DNA of 59,423 nt, filler included, from Sphacelaria rigidula (taxonomy: Eukaryota): NCBI GenBank assembly GCA_964200075.2. It is 7 parts of 7 records of this genome, joined end to end, with 100 filler letters (N's around TTAATTAATTAA, not from the genome) between each part and the next. Parts side by side here need not be neighbours in the genome. Positions count along the whole stretch, not along the records: positions 42,519 to 50,921 come from CAXNAA020011265.1; positions 51,022 to 59,423 come from CAXNAA020011266.1; 5 more parts are not named here. One strand, given 5' to 3'. The translations under genes and the position numbers were made by a program. Every line of letters starts with the position of its first letter. The first letter of the stretch is position 1. This document shows positions 47,050 through 59,423 of the stretch, piece by piece. The notes beneath the pieces are model-generated. The model had not been told where the DNA came from and ran no database searches. It was given only the letters and a program-made list of their open reading frames with translations.

Positions 47050-47945
47050 ATCTTCGGATGTCCGTCTTCATATCAGATTATAGTCGATGGTTTCCTCCAG
47101 TGCTCCCAGCTACAGCGTATGCGTGAAGAACTTTGAAGTCCCACGCTGTACATGATAACGAAAGCCCAAATCCCCCACTTGGTTTCAAGACCGGTTCAAA
47201 TTTTCCATTGAAAATTAAACGTTATATCTCCTTCCAAGATCCAGCATCCGAATTGTGTGTGGGCGACTTCGTAGCTCCGCGTTCGCTTGAAGTCCCATAA
47301 CCTGGGCTATTTGCCACCCTGTTTTCTGCGTGCGGTAGTGAATATAACAATCAACCGGTTGCGGGTCATAAACGTGGAAACCAGCATTAACATGGCGTCG
47401 AACTTCATAGCCCATAAACATCTGCCCTCTTTCCCGAGCTTCTACCCTTCTATTGTACCGCAACTTTTCTACCCAAGCCTTGGGATAAACGGTGACTCAC
47501 AATGTTTGTAGGCTTCTACCTGTACTTGCCCGACCTCACCGATATATCCTCCTCTGTTAGGTGTAACGGCGATGATAATTCCGAATACTGATTCAGCACA
47601 TATTGGCTAAGACCCCAAGGTAGCGATTTCGGCGGCTCCGGATCATATTTGGGATTATAGCACCGCTTGTATCTTAACACAGATACTCTGGGACTCATAA
47701 TTATCCCAGGCTCGTTTTCCGGGAATTTCAGCAACAATAGTTTTTCTCCTTCTAACTCTCCCTGTCCGAAGTACCTGGTCCTACCACCAAGATTTTATAC
47801 GGTCCCTTCTGTGAGTGAGACAGTTTAGACGATAGAGATGTTTTCTCCCCTTCGCGTACCGCGCTTCCACTAGACATACTAGTACCCTTGGTGTAATGAA
47901 CAAGCACCCAGTCACCTACTTCTCTATATCGATGACGTCTGTACT
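47050..47945 (-). mobile_element. Ty3/gypsy post-integrase region (GPY/F motif), decayed
   Basis: YREVGDWVLVH...KLSHSQKGPYKILVVGP. Confidence 0.7.
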
Positions 47946-47949
47946 CTTT

Positions 47950-49480
47950 TGCATCGGGGCAACAATATGTAGATGACTTGGAAAATCTTTTTCGAAGACT
48001 AATCAAGTACAAACTGAAATTGGCACCGAAAAAATCAAGTGTGGGGATGAAAGAAACTTGATTTCTTGGACATCATATTTCTGCTGCTGAGATTTCACCA
48101 GACCAGGAGAAAGTGAAGGCTTTACGCAAAATGCCGATGCCTTCTGATGTGCCACAGCTTCGATCGTTGGTGGGAGGTTTGGAATACTACCGTAAATTTA
48201 TTCCGAGAATGGCTGCTAGAATCAAACCCATACCTCAATTGTTGAAGAAGGGTGTTCGCTTCCAATTTACCCAAGAACATGACTCGATAGCCAGAGAAAT
48301 GTCATCATCGCTGACGACTGATAATATTTTAGTTTTTCCTGATTATGAATGTGTACGTTCAGAAAAGCGACCGTTCATGCTTATCACGGATGCATCAACG
48401 GATGGTCTGAGGGCGGTAATTGCGCAGCGTCAACAAGACAATACGGTTTGTCCTCTTGTTTTTCGTAATGGAGGAACGCTCCCAATGAAAGGAATTGGAG
48501 TGTGTCGGAATTGGAAGGAGCAGCCATTTTGTGGGCTATTAAAAAAACATACCACTTTTCTATGGTGTGCCGTTTGAGATTTACACTGGTCACCAACCGT
48601 TGCGAAATTTATTGAGCCTTGCAGAGAGGGTTCCGAGAGTTCAACGCTGGCATGACTTCTTAAGTGCGTGCACTTATTAAATCAAGTGCAAACCGGGACA
48701 TGTACACGCGAATGCTGATATATTGTCTCCTTTACCACAGCCGCCGAAGGATACTGATATTTCTGGGGACGCTCAAATTACGGACCCGGAAGACATGCAT
48801 GTCTATTTAATCGGCGCTGGAGGGATATGGCCGAGAATTTTTAAAAACTCCACCAGGGATGGACACATAGGATCTGTAGTGAGTGCCCACGATTCCAACT
48901 TGAATGGGTTGGACCCTGGATCGGTTTTTAAGATTGGGGGGAAAGAAGTGCAGTACCGCTCACGACCTCTGAAAAATCTGACCAAAAATGGATTGAGCTA
49001 CAAAGCGCGAGGGGTAGTAGTAATGCAAGAGTAAGAGAGGGAAAACGGGGAAAACTATGTACGTGGTACAGGATGACTCTCCGTTAATATTTCCTCGAAC
49101 TAGTAACATGATCAGGGGGCAATGGGACCAGGGCTCAGCCTTGGATGTATGTCCGATCACGGAAGTAGGGAGAAGATTGCTAAAGCCTCAGAAACACCGA
49201 GCCGTGTCAGTAGTCGAACCCACAACCGAAGTAGGAAGCAGTAGTGCGGGGCCGCAATTAACGGTATAACCAACTCTAGAAGCGGGAGAAGCTTGTGGCT
49301 TGGGGGAAGAGTTATGCCAGATATCGGCAAAAGATTGAGCTCAAATACAACAGGAAGATGTCGCGTCAAGAACTATCATCGGGTATTTGAAAAAAACAGT
49401 GACGGAGTTAAATAAAGATCAAGAAAAGGGGGTCCCTACGCGTATTGACCTATCCGAGTTCAAAAGATGAGCAATGACCT
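47950..49480 (+). mobile_element. Ty3/gypsy RT C-terminus plus RNase H remnant
   Basis: LKLAPKK...FLGHHIS...ISPDQEKVKALRKMPMPSDVPQLRSLVGGLEYYRKFIP; LITDASTDGL; ELEGAAILWAIKK; YTGHQPL; RVQRW; KPG..HANADILS. Confidence 0.92.
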
Positions 49481-49653
49481 AAAAAAGGTATAGCTTATCG
49501 TTTTTTGCCTAGGAAAGGTACGACAAATGGCCAGAGACGCGAAAATGGTCAAACACGCCATTCTGACCGTTTCCGCTTCGAACAACTGTGGGGGTATTTG
49601 GGGAACATTGCTCGGAATGAAACATGTAGAATAGTATTCAGTGGTATCATAGT

Positions 49654-50738
49654 ACATTTTTCCCTGTTCAAAATCGAAATTTTCTTGCTTCAACGCTTCA
49701 TACCCGTTACAATGAACGAATGCTTTTTATGAATACCATTCATTTTTTCAGGACTTCCCCTCGGGTCTAATCCTAACCCTGAGGTTGTCACACATCCTAT
49801 CTGAGGGAGAGGGTGCCAGCACTTCCCGTCGCTAGTCCAGACCCCGTTTAGGACCGTCAGGAGGGATATTCAAACTACAGCTAATGCGGGTTCTGAAATA
49901 AAAAAACGGCCCGGATTTTGCAAGTGCGTTGCGCTACAGTAGTATCCTTGGACAGCCCTACCGCGAAACGTATTCTCAACACAGCCACGGCGGAAGTGGC
50001 CATACAAGGCGTGATAGCGGATTCAGACTGGATGAAGTGCCTCGTATGGGCGCTGCTGGCGAAATTACCCCAAGCGTGGGACTAACGCTTACCCCCGGTA
50101 TGTGTGTGTGTGCAGCTTTATTGTGGGGCATCCATTTTATCCAACTAACGATTGTACTGTGGTGATGCTGTACTCGATACCTTTTACGATAGCCCTCCCC
50201 CCAAAACGTGCATGATTTTCGGAGGCAAAATCTTCACGTAAATCGAAGAGGGAAAAGCCGAGCACAACGAGCAGCTGGGAAATCCCACGCTTGGGTTCGT
50301 TCTAGCCAATGTCGCTAGTATGAGGCGCTTCATGAAGCCTGAACCCAAACATCAGGCGCTGTATGGCCATTGACAATTTTGGGCTGGTTTTGGGGGGGGG
50401 CTATCGTAGAAAGTGTCACTCTGGTGTGCTGGTATATCTCAGCAGACTGCTGAATCATGCTACGGTTCAAATGTCGCTGGCGTCTGTCGCTGCATTGGAT
50501 CGTTTCACTGACGGCGGTCGTCGCCGGCGCAACAGTATGAAGTCTCTCTCAGATACTCAACAAGACGCGCTCGAAGACTCGATGACTAGTGTAAAGAAGT
50601 ATATTTTGAGCATGCTTTGTTACGTGTTCCGTAGCGCTTAGACGCGGGCCCTGCTCAAAAGATGCCGCACAATGACAGCGGTTTTTCTGTTGGACTGCTC
50701 ATCATCATGCTTGCGCTGCCGTGCAGAAACTTCTAGGT
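49654..50738 (+). repeat. ~830-bp dispersed repeat, copy B, containing a family-C MITE
   Basis: Reverse complement of 14862-15697 plus a 246-nt insertion. Confidence 0.9.
50176..50417 (+). mobile_element. Family-C MITE, 242 bp, TSD ACTC (empty site visible in copy A)
   Basis: CTGT ACTC|GATACCTTTTACGATAGCCC ... GGGCTATCGTAGAAAGTGTC|ACTC TGGTG. Copy A (15172-15184, reverse complement) reads CTGT ACTC TGGTG. Confidence 0.93.
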
Positions 50739-51849
50739 TATTGATAACATATTGTATTGTCCAGGGTGTGATAGATTTGAACGAAAATGCGTTCTGTGAG
50801 GGTGAGGGGCACATGGGACTGTCAGCTCTACTAAATATCCGATTCTTGTGGTACACACTCCCATCGAGTAATAACAGTGTTTTCGTGAGATTGAGAGTAG
50901 ATGATACGATTGAGAGGGAAANNNNNNNNNNNNNNNNNNNNNNNNNNNNNNNNNNNNNNNNNNNNTTAATTAATTAANNNNNNNNNNNNNNNNNNNNNNN
51001 NNNNNNNNNNNNNNNNNNNNNGGTCGGTATCGGTAGAGTATGAGATGTCCCAAATACCGGTACCGGGTACCTACCTTACCTACGGTGCCTGTGAAACTTT
51101 TCTAGGATTCGAAAAAAAGTCCGGAACCGGTTTCTTCCAAGATGAGGGAGTCCAACGAACAGCCCATTCCCTCACCTGATGAGAGCCGTATCGAATGTAC
51201 TACAGTATCTATCGACACTGGATGGAGCAACAGCGCGTATCAAGGCAAGCTAGGGGAAGTTGCAACAGACCATAAAACCCTCAGTTGGTTGTTTTCGGAA
51301 AACTTCTTCACGTAGCATGTGAGTTTTTCGATGGCGACTTCAACCCCATTTGAGTGTTCAACCTCATTTTTTAGCATCTGTTATCTGTTTAACCGAACTG
51401 CAAGTTCAACGCTGTTCATTTTTACATGAAATGCGATAGAAGCATTCATCACTACAACCAGAGTGTCATATCTTCCCGCTGCAGGAGTCCACGCCCCTTC
51501 TGTGTTGACATAACTGCAAGTCGACGCTTTATCGAAAGAAATTTCTTTGCAAACAAGATGGGGCAGAGCCGTGAAAGCTATACAGAATGCTCATCTTCTG
51601 TGGGCAAGGACAGCCTAGTGGGTCATCATCTGAAAGCAGATGATATTGTGCGGTATTGCATTTGAACTGGTCTGCTAATACCCCCCTGAACTGCATCGCA
51701 GTCCCCAAACATGGCCCCCGCCCCCTTTGAAGAGTAGATATTGTGTCGATCATCCAAGAATCGGACTACTATATTACTCTCATCAGGCGGCAATTTGTAC
51801 CTAGTAGCATATTCGAACTTTCATATTTCCACAGGTGGATAGGATCGTG

Positions 51850-53520
51850 CACGGAACTCCAGGCATCCGGGGTTCGAAATATTGCAGTATCCGGCACTTC
51901 AGAGTATGCCTAGATTACCAACTCTCCGAAATATCGGGAATTCCAGGATACGCGGGGCGCCGACTACCGAAAATACTCAGAACTCTGGAGTTCCTGAGGG
52001 TATGCCACCAGGAAAAACCGAGCACTTCAGACTTCCTGGAGTATTCACTCTCGACACAGTACCAAGTACCCCAGAGTACCTGAAGTACCAATCCCCCGAA
52101 TACTCTTGTGTACTGCTCGGGAGTACTCCCTGAAGTACTCAGTACTCAGAGGAGGTGGCGTACCGACGGTGGCGTACCGACGGTGGCGTGCCGACTCCCC
52201 GAAACGCTGAGTATTCTGGAATGCATATAGAATACCTGCAACACACGCTGCCGAAAATACTGAGCATCCCATGAAGTTACCGAGGTATCGACAGACAGTA
52301 CTAGTCAGTTCAGCACGGCACGTTTTTATTGCGACAAACGGCAACGATGACGTATCGACTACAACAGCCTATGGGATTCCGGTGCCCGAACCTGACTAAG
52401 TTTGTACCAGCGGTTGCAAGCCCATCGACAGACGTCCACGAGCAGGAACAAGGCCTGAACAGTCGAATCATCCTAGAAAAACGTTGGTTCAAAGCAGAGC
52501 ATAACGTACATGTGAAAAATCACAAGGCACCTGGGGTATGAAGTCTCTAATTGCTACTTATTCTGGGGTGCTCTGGAGTACCCACCCTTAATACTGGAAA
52601 ATATCCTGGACAGTACAGTGCACATTTTGTAGATACAAAACAATTCAGAGGGTTGACATTACAGGGTACGGGCCATATAGCCAATCTTCAGCACGGTTTT
52701 TACATTAAAACAAACATTCCGTACTCCACATACGTATCAACAAACCTACAGTACAGCACAACACAGAAGAGCACCGCGCGGCGACCTGGTACGTGTAACC
52801 AAACCCACAGTACAGTACAGCATAGCCCAGTGGAGCACCGTGCAACGACGCGATAAACAAACTCCGGCAGAGCTCAGTATGAAAGTGTTCGCATGAGCGA
52901 GTGTTACAAATACTTCCTATATCAGAGTACCTGGCGTTTTGACTCTTCCAACTACTGGGTTCCCCTTACAACCGAATTCTTGGTAACCCCTGTGTGACGC
53001 CGGTTGATGCGCCCAAATACCCCGAAAGGTCTAGACTAGACGGGAAGATAGCAGACACAAACATACACACAGTAGCCTGAGTATCAATTCCCCGATTTAC
53101 TGAGTATTCCAGAGTACATGGATTTATTTATTCTTCAGTTCACTCTGTTGTTCCCTTCATTATTTATCTCCCTCCTTCCTCGAGTTTTTTTCAGCGAGTG
53201 TTTTCAACTTGGGTATCTCTATCTTGCTACGACGGCTGTATTTCTGGACGACCACTGCTCGCCGATCACTTACATAAACCATCAATAGGGTATCGACTGC
53301 CCGAACACCGAGTACTGCACAGTACCTGCATTCATTCCTGCAGACACAATTCCTCAGCGTGCTTGAAGTACTCATCCCCTAAAATACTCGATACGATACT
53401 TGGGGGTACTCAGTGACGTACTCAGTATTGCCAATACGTAGATGATCGATTCCGAATATCCCGTATTCCAGAGTACCTAGAGTAAGGGTCGACATTCAAG
53501 AATCACCGTACTCGGACTCT
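51850..53520. repeat. Patchy low-complexity region rich in GAGTAC/GTACTC/AATACTC motifs
   Basis: Dense recurrence at about 51850-52290, 52560-52620 and 53090-53520. Also a tandem GGTGGCGTACCGAC x2-3 at 52153-52196. Confidence 0.6.
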
Positions 53521-54374
53521 ACCCCATCTTGAGCACCGTGGGGACCAAGTGTCTCCGCTCCCAGCGCCGATGTTTCATGGTCTGCGGGGTGCCTCTCCTC
53601 CCTCCACGAAGGTGTGCAATCGGAACACCAATACTTCCTCCTCATATCAACTCCCCCCCAGTTCCCGTGCGTGCCAGAACGGGATCGAGGACCTTCTATT
53701 TCAAATACACAAAACACGACTATGAGGAGTGTGAATGCACACCAAATATGCGCCGAGCTCCTCCCTATGCTGAGCTTATCGAGGTCTTCTTTGCGACCTT
53801 GGCTCCTTGCCCAACAGCACATATTTTCCCAGCGTATCTAGTATACCGAAAACAGAGAGGCCGTCGGACAGCGTTGTGTGAAACAAAAATCTTGTGCGCA
53901 TCATGTACACAAATCGAAAACGCGAACTTATTCAATAATTTTGATTTTGTCGAAAGTTCTCTTGGACGTGATCCTTCGATCTTGCTTACGCGTGTCGGTG
54001 GTGGTGGCTTTGACCTACATCACATGCGAGAAACTCTACAAGAGACACTCTCCTCTCCAACAAATTCAATCCTTCAGCTACCACGGCCCACTAACGACCA
54101 CAGAGACTATTCGAGGTGGCCGTTAGCTGCTATATCGCCGGGTCATGGGAAATCATCAGCGAGCAATATCCTCAGCCTGGCGCTCACTATGCCCAATGTG
54201 TCGGTTACAAGACAGCGCACCCCTGTACTGTATTTGCACAGTACAGTGCAGCACTGGTGGCGATGATAGGAGTAGTGTGATAGTACAAGTGACAAGTCCT
54301 GCCGCCTGGCTGACGGGCATTTTTGCGAACAGGAGAAAAGTCTTCGCCACCCCCTCATAGGCCTTCCCCGCCTG

Positions 54375-54905
54375 CTCCGGCCAAAACCCAGCGTGCTCTG
54401 TCCTGGCTTTGTAGGGATGAACCCCCTATGGGGTTGGCGTTGACTGATGCTGTTAAACACGCAGCTCACTGCATGAGCTACGTAGCCAGGTTACCGTTTG
54501 TTTTGCGGTAACCATGATGGTGGTCGAGCTAGATCATACTGTACCCAGTGAAACAACCTCAATTGTACGCAAAGGGGATGATCATACTAAGTAGTGTTTG
54601 AATGGTGCGACATATATGAGGCAGTGTGTAAGCTGTGGCTATCTCTGGAAGTGGCGATACCAGAAAATAAAGCAACTCATTGGAGGCTGTCTTGCAAGAT
54701 GATCAGTACGCTTCGGACCGAAAAATGTTGGTACGATGCACCTCACCCTTCATGCGACTCGCCCAACATATCACAGCGCTTCACGCTTGGCGATTGATGG
54801 CGAGCCTGGTCCGGCGAAAACCCGGCGCGCGCTCCGTCCCGGCTTTGTAGGGATGCGAGGTCAATAATCTTATGACTATGGCATGCATGATCATGAGTAC
54901 ATCCA
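54375..54905 (-). mobile_element. Long form of the G/C-tract element, copy 3, with a partial tandem repeat
   Basis: The reverse complement begins GGATGTACTCATGATCATGCATGCC...CATCCCTACAAAGCCGGGAC. The CATCCCTACAAAGCC.GGAC block recurs at 54375-54420. Confidence 0.8.
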
Positions 54906-55640
54906 TCATACATCTCGACTTGGCTGCCAGCATAATGCAGACCTGTGCACCAGCGACGACGTGTGTATAGATTTTCATGTAGTTCACAGCAAGCACCGTG
55001 TGTCGTCTGTGGCCAGTGCTTATCGCTACTATCGTGTGCTGGTCAACCAAGCTCAGATGGCCTGCATGGGGAGCTAGAGTACACACTTCATATCGATGGG
55101 CATGCTGTATTGTTCGCTGCTTGTTTGTGTTCTGTGAGAACACAAAATACGGTCAGAAAATACCAGAAAGGGAATTCTCGTGTGCGCCAAGAGGTGTTAC
55201 TGGTAACTGTTAAGGAAGCACGTGGCAGTTCCACCACCTACCCCGTACGCTCCCGACACCGGCTGCTCGGAGTAGGGGGTGTACTAGACGAAGGCATTGC
55301 TGTATCACCTGCTCTTCATGTGCTTGCGAGTCCTTGCCCTCTTTGTTATACAAGTTGCTTTCGCTAGGTCAATAATATGTGAATCTATATCGGCTCGTGT
55401 GTACACCTGTATAGTATCACCGGCCGTCGGGGAGGCCTCAGAAGAGGTTGATGACAAGTACTACTTTTTGTGTGCAAAAATCGTGTGATTCATTCCAAAA
55501 ACGTACTTGGCTACCTACCAAGTGTACCTTTAACCCCTGGCCTTTGCCGTGAGGGTTGGTCATCTGGTTATACAGTAATTTTCAAGTGAAGGTGAAGGCG
55601 ATTCAACAGATGACCTATGCTGACCGTCAAAGCGTTCGAA

Positions 55641-55728
55641 GTGAAATTGAAGCTGATTCAACAGATGGCCTACGCTCGCGGTCGACGCGACGGCTAGCGT
55701 AGGTCATCTGGATCGGCTTCAATCTCAC
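55641..55728. repeat. 88-nt imperfect hairpin with a partial upstream direct copy
   Basis: GTGAAATTGAAGCTGATTCAACAGATGGCCTACGCT / AGCGTAGGTCATCTGGATCGGCTTCAATCTCAC. The left arm is repeated at about 55585-55622. Confidence 0.75.
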
Positions 55729-58577
55729 GTGAATAAAATGCGCATGGTCCACATGGACTACCCTCGCGGCCAAGTGGTCAACCGTGTGTGTATTGTACGC
55801 GCAATGAACAATACTTGCGTCACCTGGTCGAACGCTCATTCTTTCTCGATACTTCATCCGTGGACGCTGCTTTTTTACCGTTTTACGTCGGTTGGTGGGC
55901 AACATGTCCATGTGACTGGCTCAGTCTAAAACCAAATAATAGTGGAAATTATATACTATACTACCTGTGTCCACACGACGATCTGCGCCGTGACACCTAC
56001 AGGGTTACGGGTATGTTTTTTAACCATAGGGTGTCCTGACAGTCCCCAACGCGTCGCTCCGCATCAAATTGAAATCAACATTCGAAGCGTCGCAAACCCA
56101 CCGAGAGACAGCGAACAGCGTCGGCACTGCGTCCGCTGTTGTCGTCGCAGAAAGCAGCCGAAAGCAGCTGGCGGCGTGTCACACCTGTTGCCGTGCAGGA
56201 TTGGTCGTTTTAAGCACGGGATCAAGGTTGATGCCTCCCAATGGAGTTTGGCAACCTCAATACCCACACATGCCGCCCCACTTTTCGTGGTTGCACGCGT
56301 AGCCTGGCCGTAAAAGTCACCGAGGCATACGAACAGCGTCAGAATACACTGGCTATATTCTTCAACGTAGGCGGCATGAAGTAGCAAGCGGTATCCATTG
56401 CGACGCTGTGGTAACAACTGCCCAGCGGTGGCGGATGCCAGCAGGGGCTTGATGCCTCCTCACTATCACCTTTCAAATTGTGGTCGAATCTGCACCCAGC
56501 TAGCTGATCAGGGTCTGATGCGCACGATGTTGTTACCTCGTGCAGTTTTCTCATAACTTTTGTACAACATACCACTCATTCTTGGCGGCGGCGAAAGTGA
56601 GAGAATTTTTGGAGGGAAAAAATGCCCCACATACCACCTCACAAGATGCTTTGGCATGTACCTTCGTTTGCGCAGCTTAGGGTACCCAAAGGCTTTCGCA
56701 CCAGAGGGCAACAATGTACGGGATACGCGTGCTCGATGAGTCCGCGAAATGCGCAGTGTCATCTGTTTTGAATATTATGGAGGCATTTTACAGCGATTAT
56801 AATTCATCATCTGCAGGGTCATTAGGAGACAGTCATGCTCCAACGCCCAAAATATGCTGAGACTAGAGGGGCAGATGTACTCGGAAGAGAGATGTCCACA
56901 TCAGCACGGATACCTCGCCCAAACCACCTTCGGTCGCCGAGCCTGCGGCATCGACACCTGCCTGCGGCTTCAAGCTGCACATACGTGAATCGTCAGTATC
57001 ATCAGACCCCACGTGTGCTGTGTTTGGTCGCTGAATCTCCAAAGTTACCGCCTCCATATAGTTGAAAAGGAGCAAAACTGTGCGGGACGACGGCAACTGG
57101 AGCGGATGTCCCAAAGCTGTACTGAAATCAAGTCGAAATAGGGAAGTAGCGTAATTTCGCCGCCGCAAAAAATGGCCCGCAGCAGCGGAAATATCGAAAT
57201 ATCGAAATTTCAATATTCACACTTGATGCCAGTTTGATTTTCAAACGGATTGACTGTGGGGCTGAAAATTGTACCCCGAATTCCTCAACTTGAAATGACC
57301 GTGCTCCGTCGAGGGCACGCGCCCAGTACGCTTGGTCCACCAACTCGAGCACTGCCTTGCGGTCATCATGGAAGACTATCGCAAGCCAAGGGAAGGTTGC
57401 GTGCATGATTTGCAGAACTTCTCCGGTGTGTCGGGGGTGACGGAAAAAATTCCAACTTCACACAGTGCGGTCAGAAGTGAAGCTGAGGCCCGTCCTAGCC
57501 ATCAAAGAGCGCCATCATTAGAAAATATCCCAATTTTGCAGGACCTGTTTGAATAACATGAACGTTTCCGGGCACAACTCTGACTCTGCGCATGCCCCAA
57601 CTGCACTGCATTGTTTACGTGACTTTCCTATCTTTGGAATTGTTCAAGATGGTGGTGGGTGCTCGGGGGGCTGTTATGACACTGTGACGAGATTAGGAAT
57701 ACAACAAATGACTCAAAAATCCACTCCAACGGACTTTCAGTTCTCCGTTGATAATTTTGGGGTTCACAAGCTCGATCCTCTCCATCTTGCATGAAGCATC
57801 GAGGGCACATGTCCAACACATTTTCCCACGAGTGCAAAGGCCTGGGGCTGCCTCGTGGCTACCTTGAGCACACTGCGCAAACGATGGTAGTTTCAAAAGC
57901 GCATCGTGTGTACGGTTTGCGGAATGTTTTCGACACAGGTAACCCGAGATTTGAGTGTTCCCGCTGCCGCCCTGAAAAGCTCGAACAACAACAGCAAGAA
58001 GGTGAACTACTGAGGTCGCTGCGGCACGCCTCTGCAGGAACTCGTCAATTCTGACGCCTTGTATAGAGCCTGCTTCTTTTCAAGATATTACGGCGCTGCA
58101 GCGAAACAACATGACGAATAAAAAAATTGTTTGTGAAGCTGGGTGATCGTTTTCGCTGTATACTGCTTCCCTCAGTCGGTGGCGCGGTAATCGCCACAGC
58201 CTCACACTCCACGCCCAGGTATATGGTCATGTAATATGCTGGGATGAGCTCGCAGATGGAATATTACAGGCTGAGCTATCCCAGACAAAACTTCGTCAAT
58301 ATTTCATGTTGCACCCGAACGCGAACTCATGAGTTCAAAGTACAAGACAATCCATTCCACGTATTCGCAGGCGAACTTCAATGCTTCACCGTAGGTGACA
58401 CAATATATCGCTCGAGGGTGTTACACGGGGGTGGAATACAACGTACGCCGCTATTGAGCTCTAGGTACCGGTACAGTGCCGAACATACTCCGAAACCTAT
58501 CACACAGGAGAGGCAATCAGAGGGGCCGGGAGTTGGGGGAGAAGGATACTTGTAGTATACAGTGGTTTAGAGCTTGA

Positions 58578-59423
58578 CCCTTTTGGGACCGGATCCACAG
58601 TAACACAGGGTTGACCCTGTGTTAGTGAAATAATAAAAAATAAGTCTTCGAGCGACCTGCCCAATCACGGCGGGGCGAGAATTACCGACCAGACCCGAAC
58701 GACCAGCGCAGAGATTGTTGTCGAGTGTGATGCCACAGCAAAGATCGTGTGGGAGCCCTACCCCTGGCCCAGATAAGCCTCTCCAGGTTTCCAAGTGCAG
58801 CGTGGTCGCGGCTTGGTTTAATGGTATTACTTGCACTCAGTATACCGTTCCCGAGTTTTTCCGGAGTGTTTTTTGGGTCCCAATTTTATACTAAAACGTA
58901 GTAATTTACACCAACATAGGGTGGGCCAGGCAAAACCGGGAAGGAGTGTACATGCCACCATGTGGTCATTTTCACGAGGCACAACATCCAGGTGGGCTGT
59001 GGAAAGACAAAGGGAGCTACCGTCATGAATTCGGCGTATCCCTCTGCGGATGACTTACAGTGTGCAGTCCACATACATCTTGTGGACGGGGATGACAAAG
59101 CTGTATATAGGCAGCTGATTTCAGTAGCTGAGAATTGCCCAGAACGTGCAAGGGAGTATGCAGCGGCAGCTGCTGCTTCAGTTGGAGAGCCGTACTAGAC
59201 TGTACTGTACTATACTGTTGTATGCATGCGCGCCGCAATCCTAATACCCTTCGAAGAGAATCTGTCGCATGCAACAAGGTGGGAAATGGCGGCCCACCTC
59301 GACCACAAAGGGCTGTGTGGCAAGGTGATGAGGACAACAGTATCATCCAAAGCCACAAGTGGCGGGCGGCCCGCCGGTCGCCGCATCCTGTTGGAAGCTC
59401 TATACCACGACCCATACTGCTTG
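58578..59423 (+). mobile_element. piggyBac-type ~1-kb element, partial copy (cut by window end)
   Basis: TTGA|CCCTTTTGGGACCGG; colinear with 20247-21092. Confidence 0.9.

Noticed and set aside
51140-51215. Hammerhead-like CTGATGAG...CGAA
   Set aside because: It has GAAT instead of GAAA, and I could not build stems I and III.
53529-54266. 245-aa ORF
   Set aside because: No recognisable domain, a non-ATG start, and composition typical of a chance ORF.
56500-58050. Possible EsV-1-7-like or transposase relic
   Set aside because: Only isolated PSF/FGY words are present; the Cys/His spacing does not fit.

Overview
This is eukaryotic nuclear DNA, most likely from a brown alga (Phaeophyceae). That assignment is an inference from about 50% GC, long TE-filled GT-AG introns, TTAGGG-like repeats, and SINE/LINE sequences that resemble Ectocarpus-type repeats as I recall them. 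The window is not one locus. It is seven unrelated scaffolds of 8404, 8404, 8404, 8403, 8403, 8403 and 8402 bp, sorted by length and joined by 100-nt spacers (N44-TTAATTAATTAA-N44), so nothing can be inferred across spacers. Two host genes are recognisable, both partial: the last two exons of a plant-type D-glycerate 3-kinase (minus strand, scaffold 3) and the first two exons of a clathrin heavy chain (plus strand, scaffold 4). The rest is mostly transposon debris: four or five decayed Ty1/copia pieces, Ty3/gypsy gag-protease and RT-RNaseH pieces, two LINE fragments, tRNA-derived SINEs, and many non-autonomous DNA transposons. These include TTAA/piggyBac-type elements, a set of ~250-bp elements with 4-bp TSDs (Sola-like), TGT..ACA elements carrying telomere-like repeats, and foldback palindromes. 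The most unusual signals are: (1) a variably truncated element ending in ATGAGTACRC(n) that sits repeatedly at C/G tracts, once with a 20-nt target duplication; (2) three ~250-bp MITE families sharing a TIR motif and size, two of which also share a ~90-nt internal core with a larger repeat; (3) a clathrin copy with Trp at the position of conserved Arg64. Most ORFs in the supplied track are spurious. I see no CRISPR array, rRNA gene, canonical tRNA gene or prokaryotic system.
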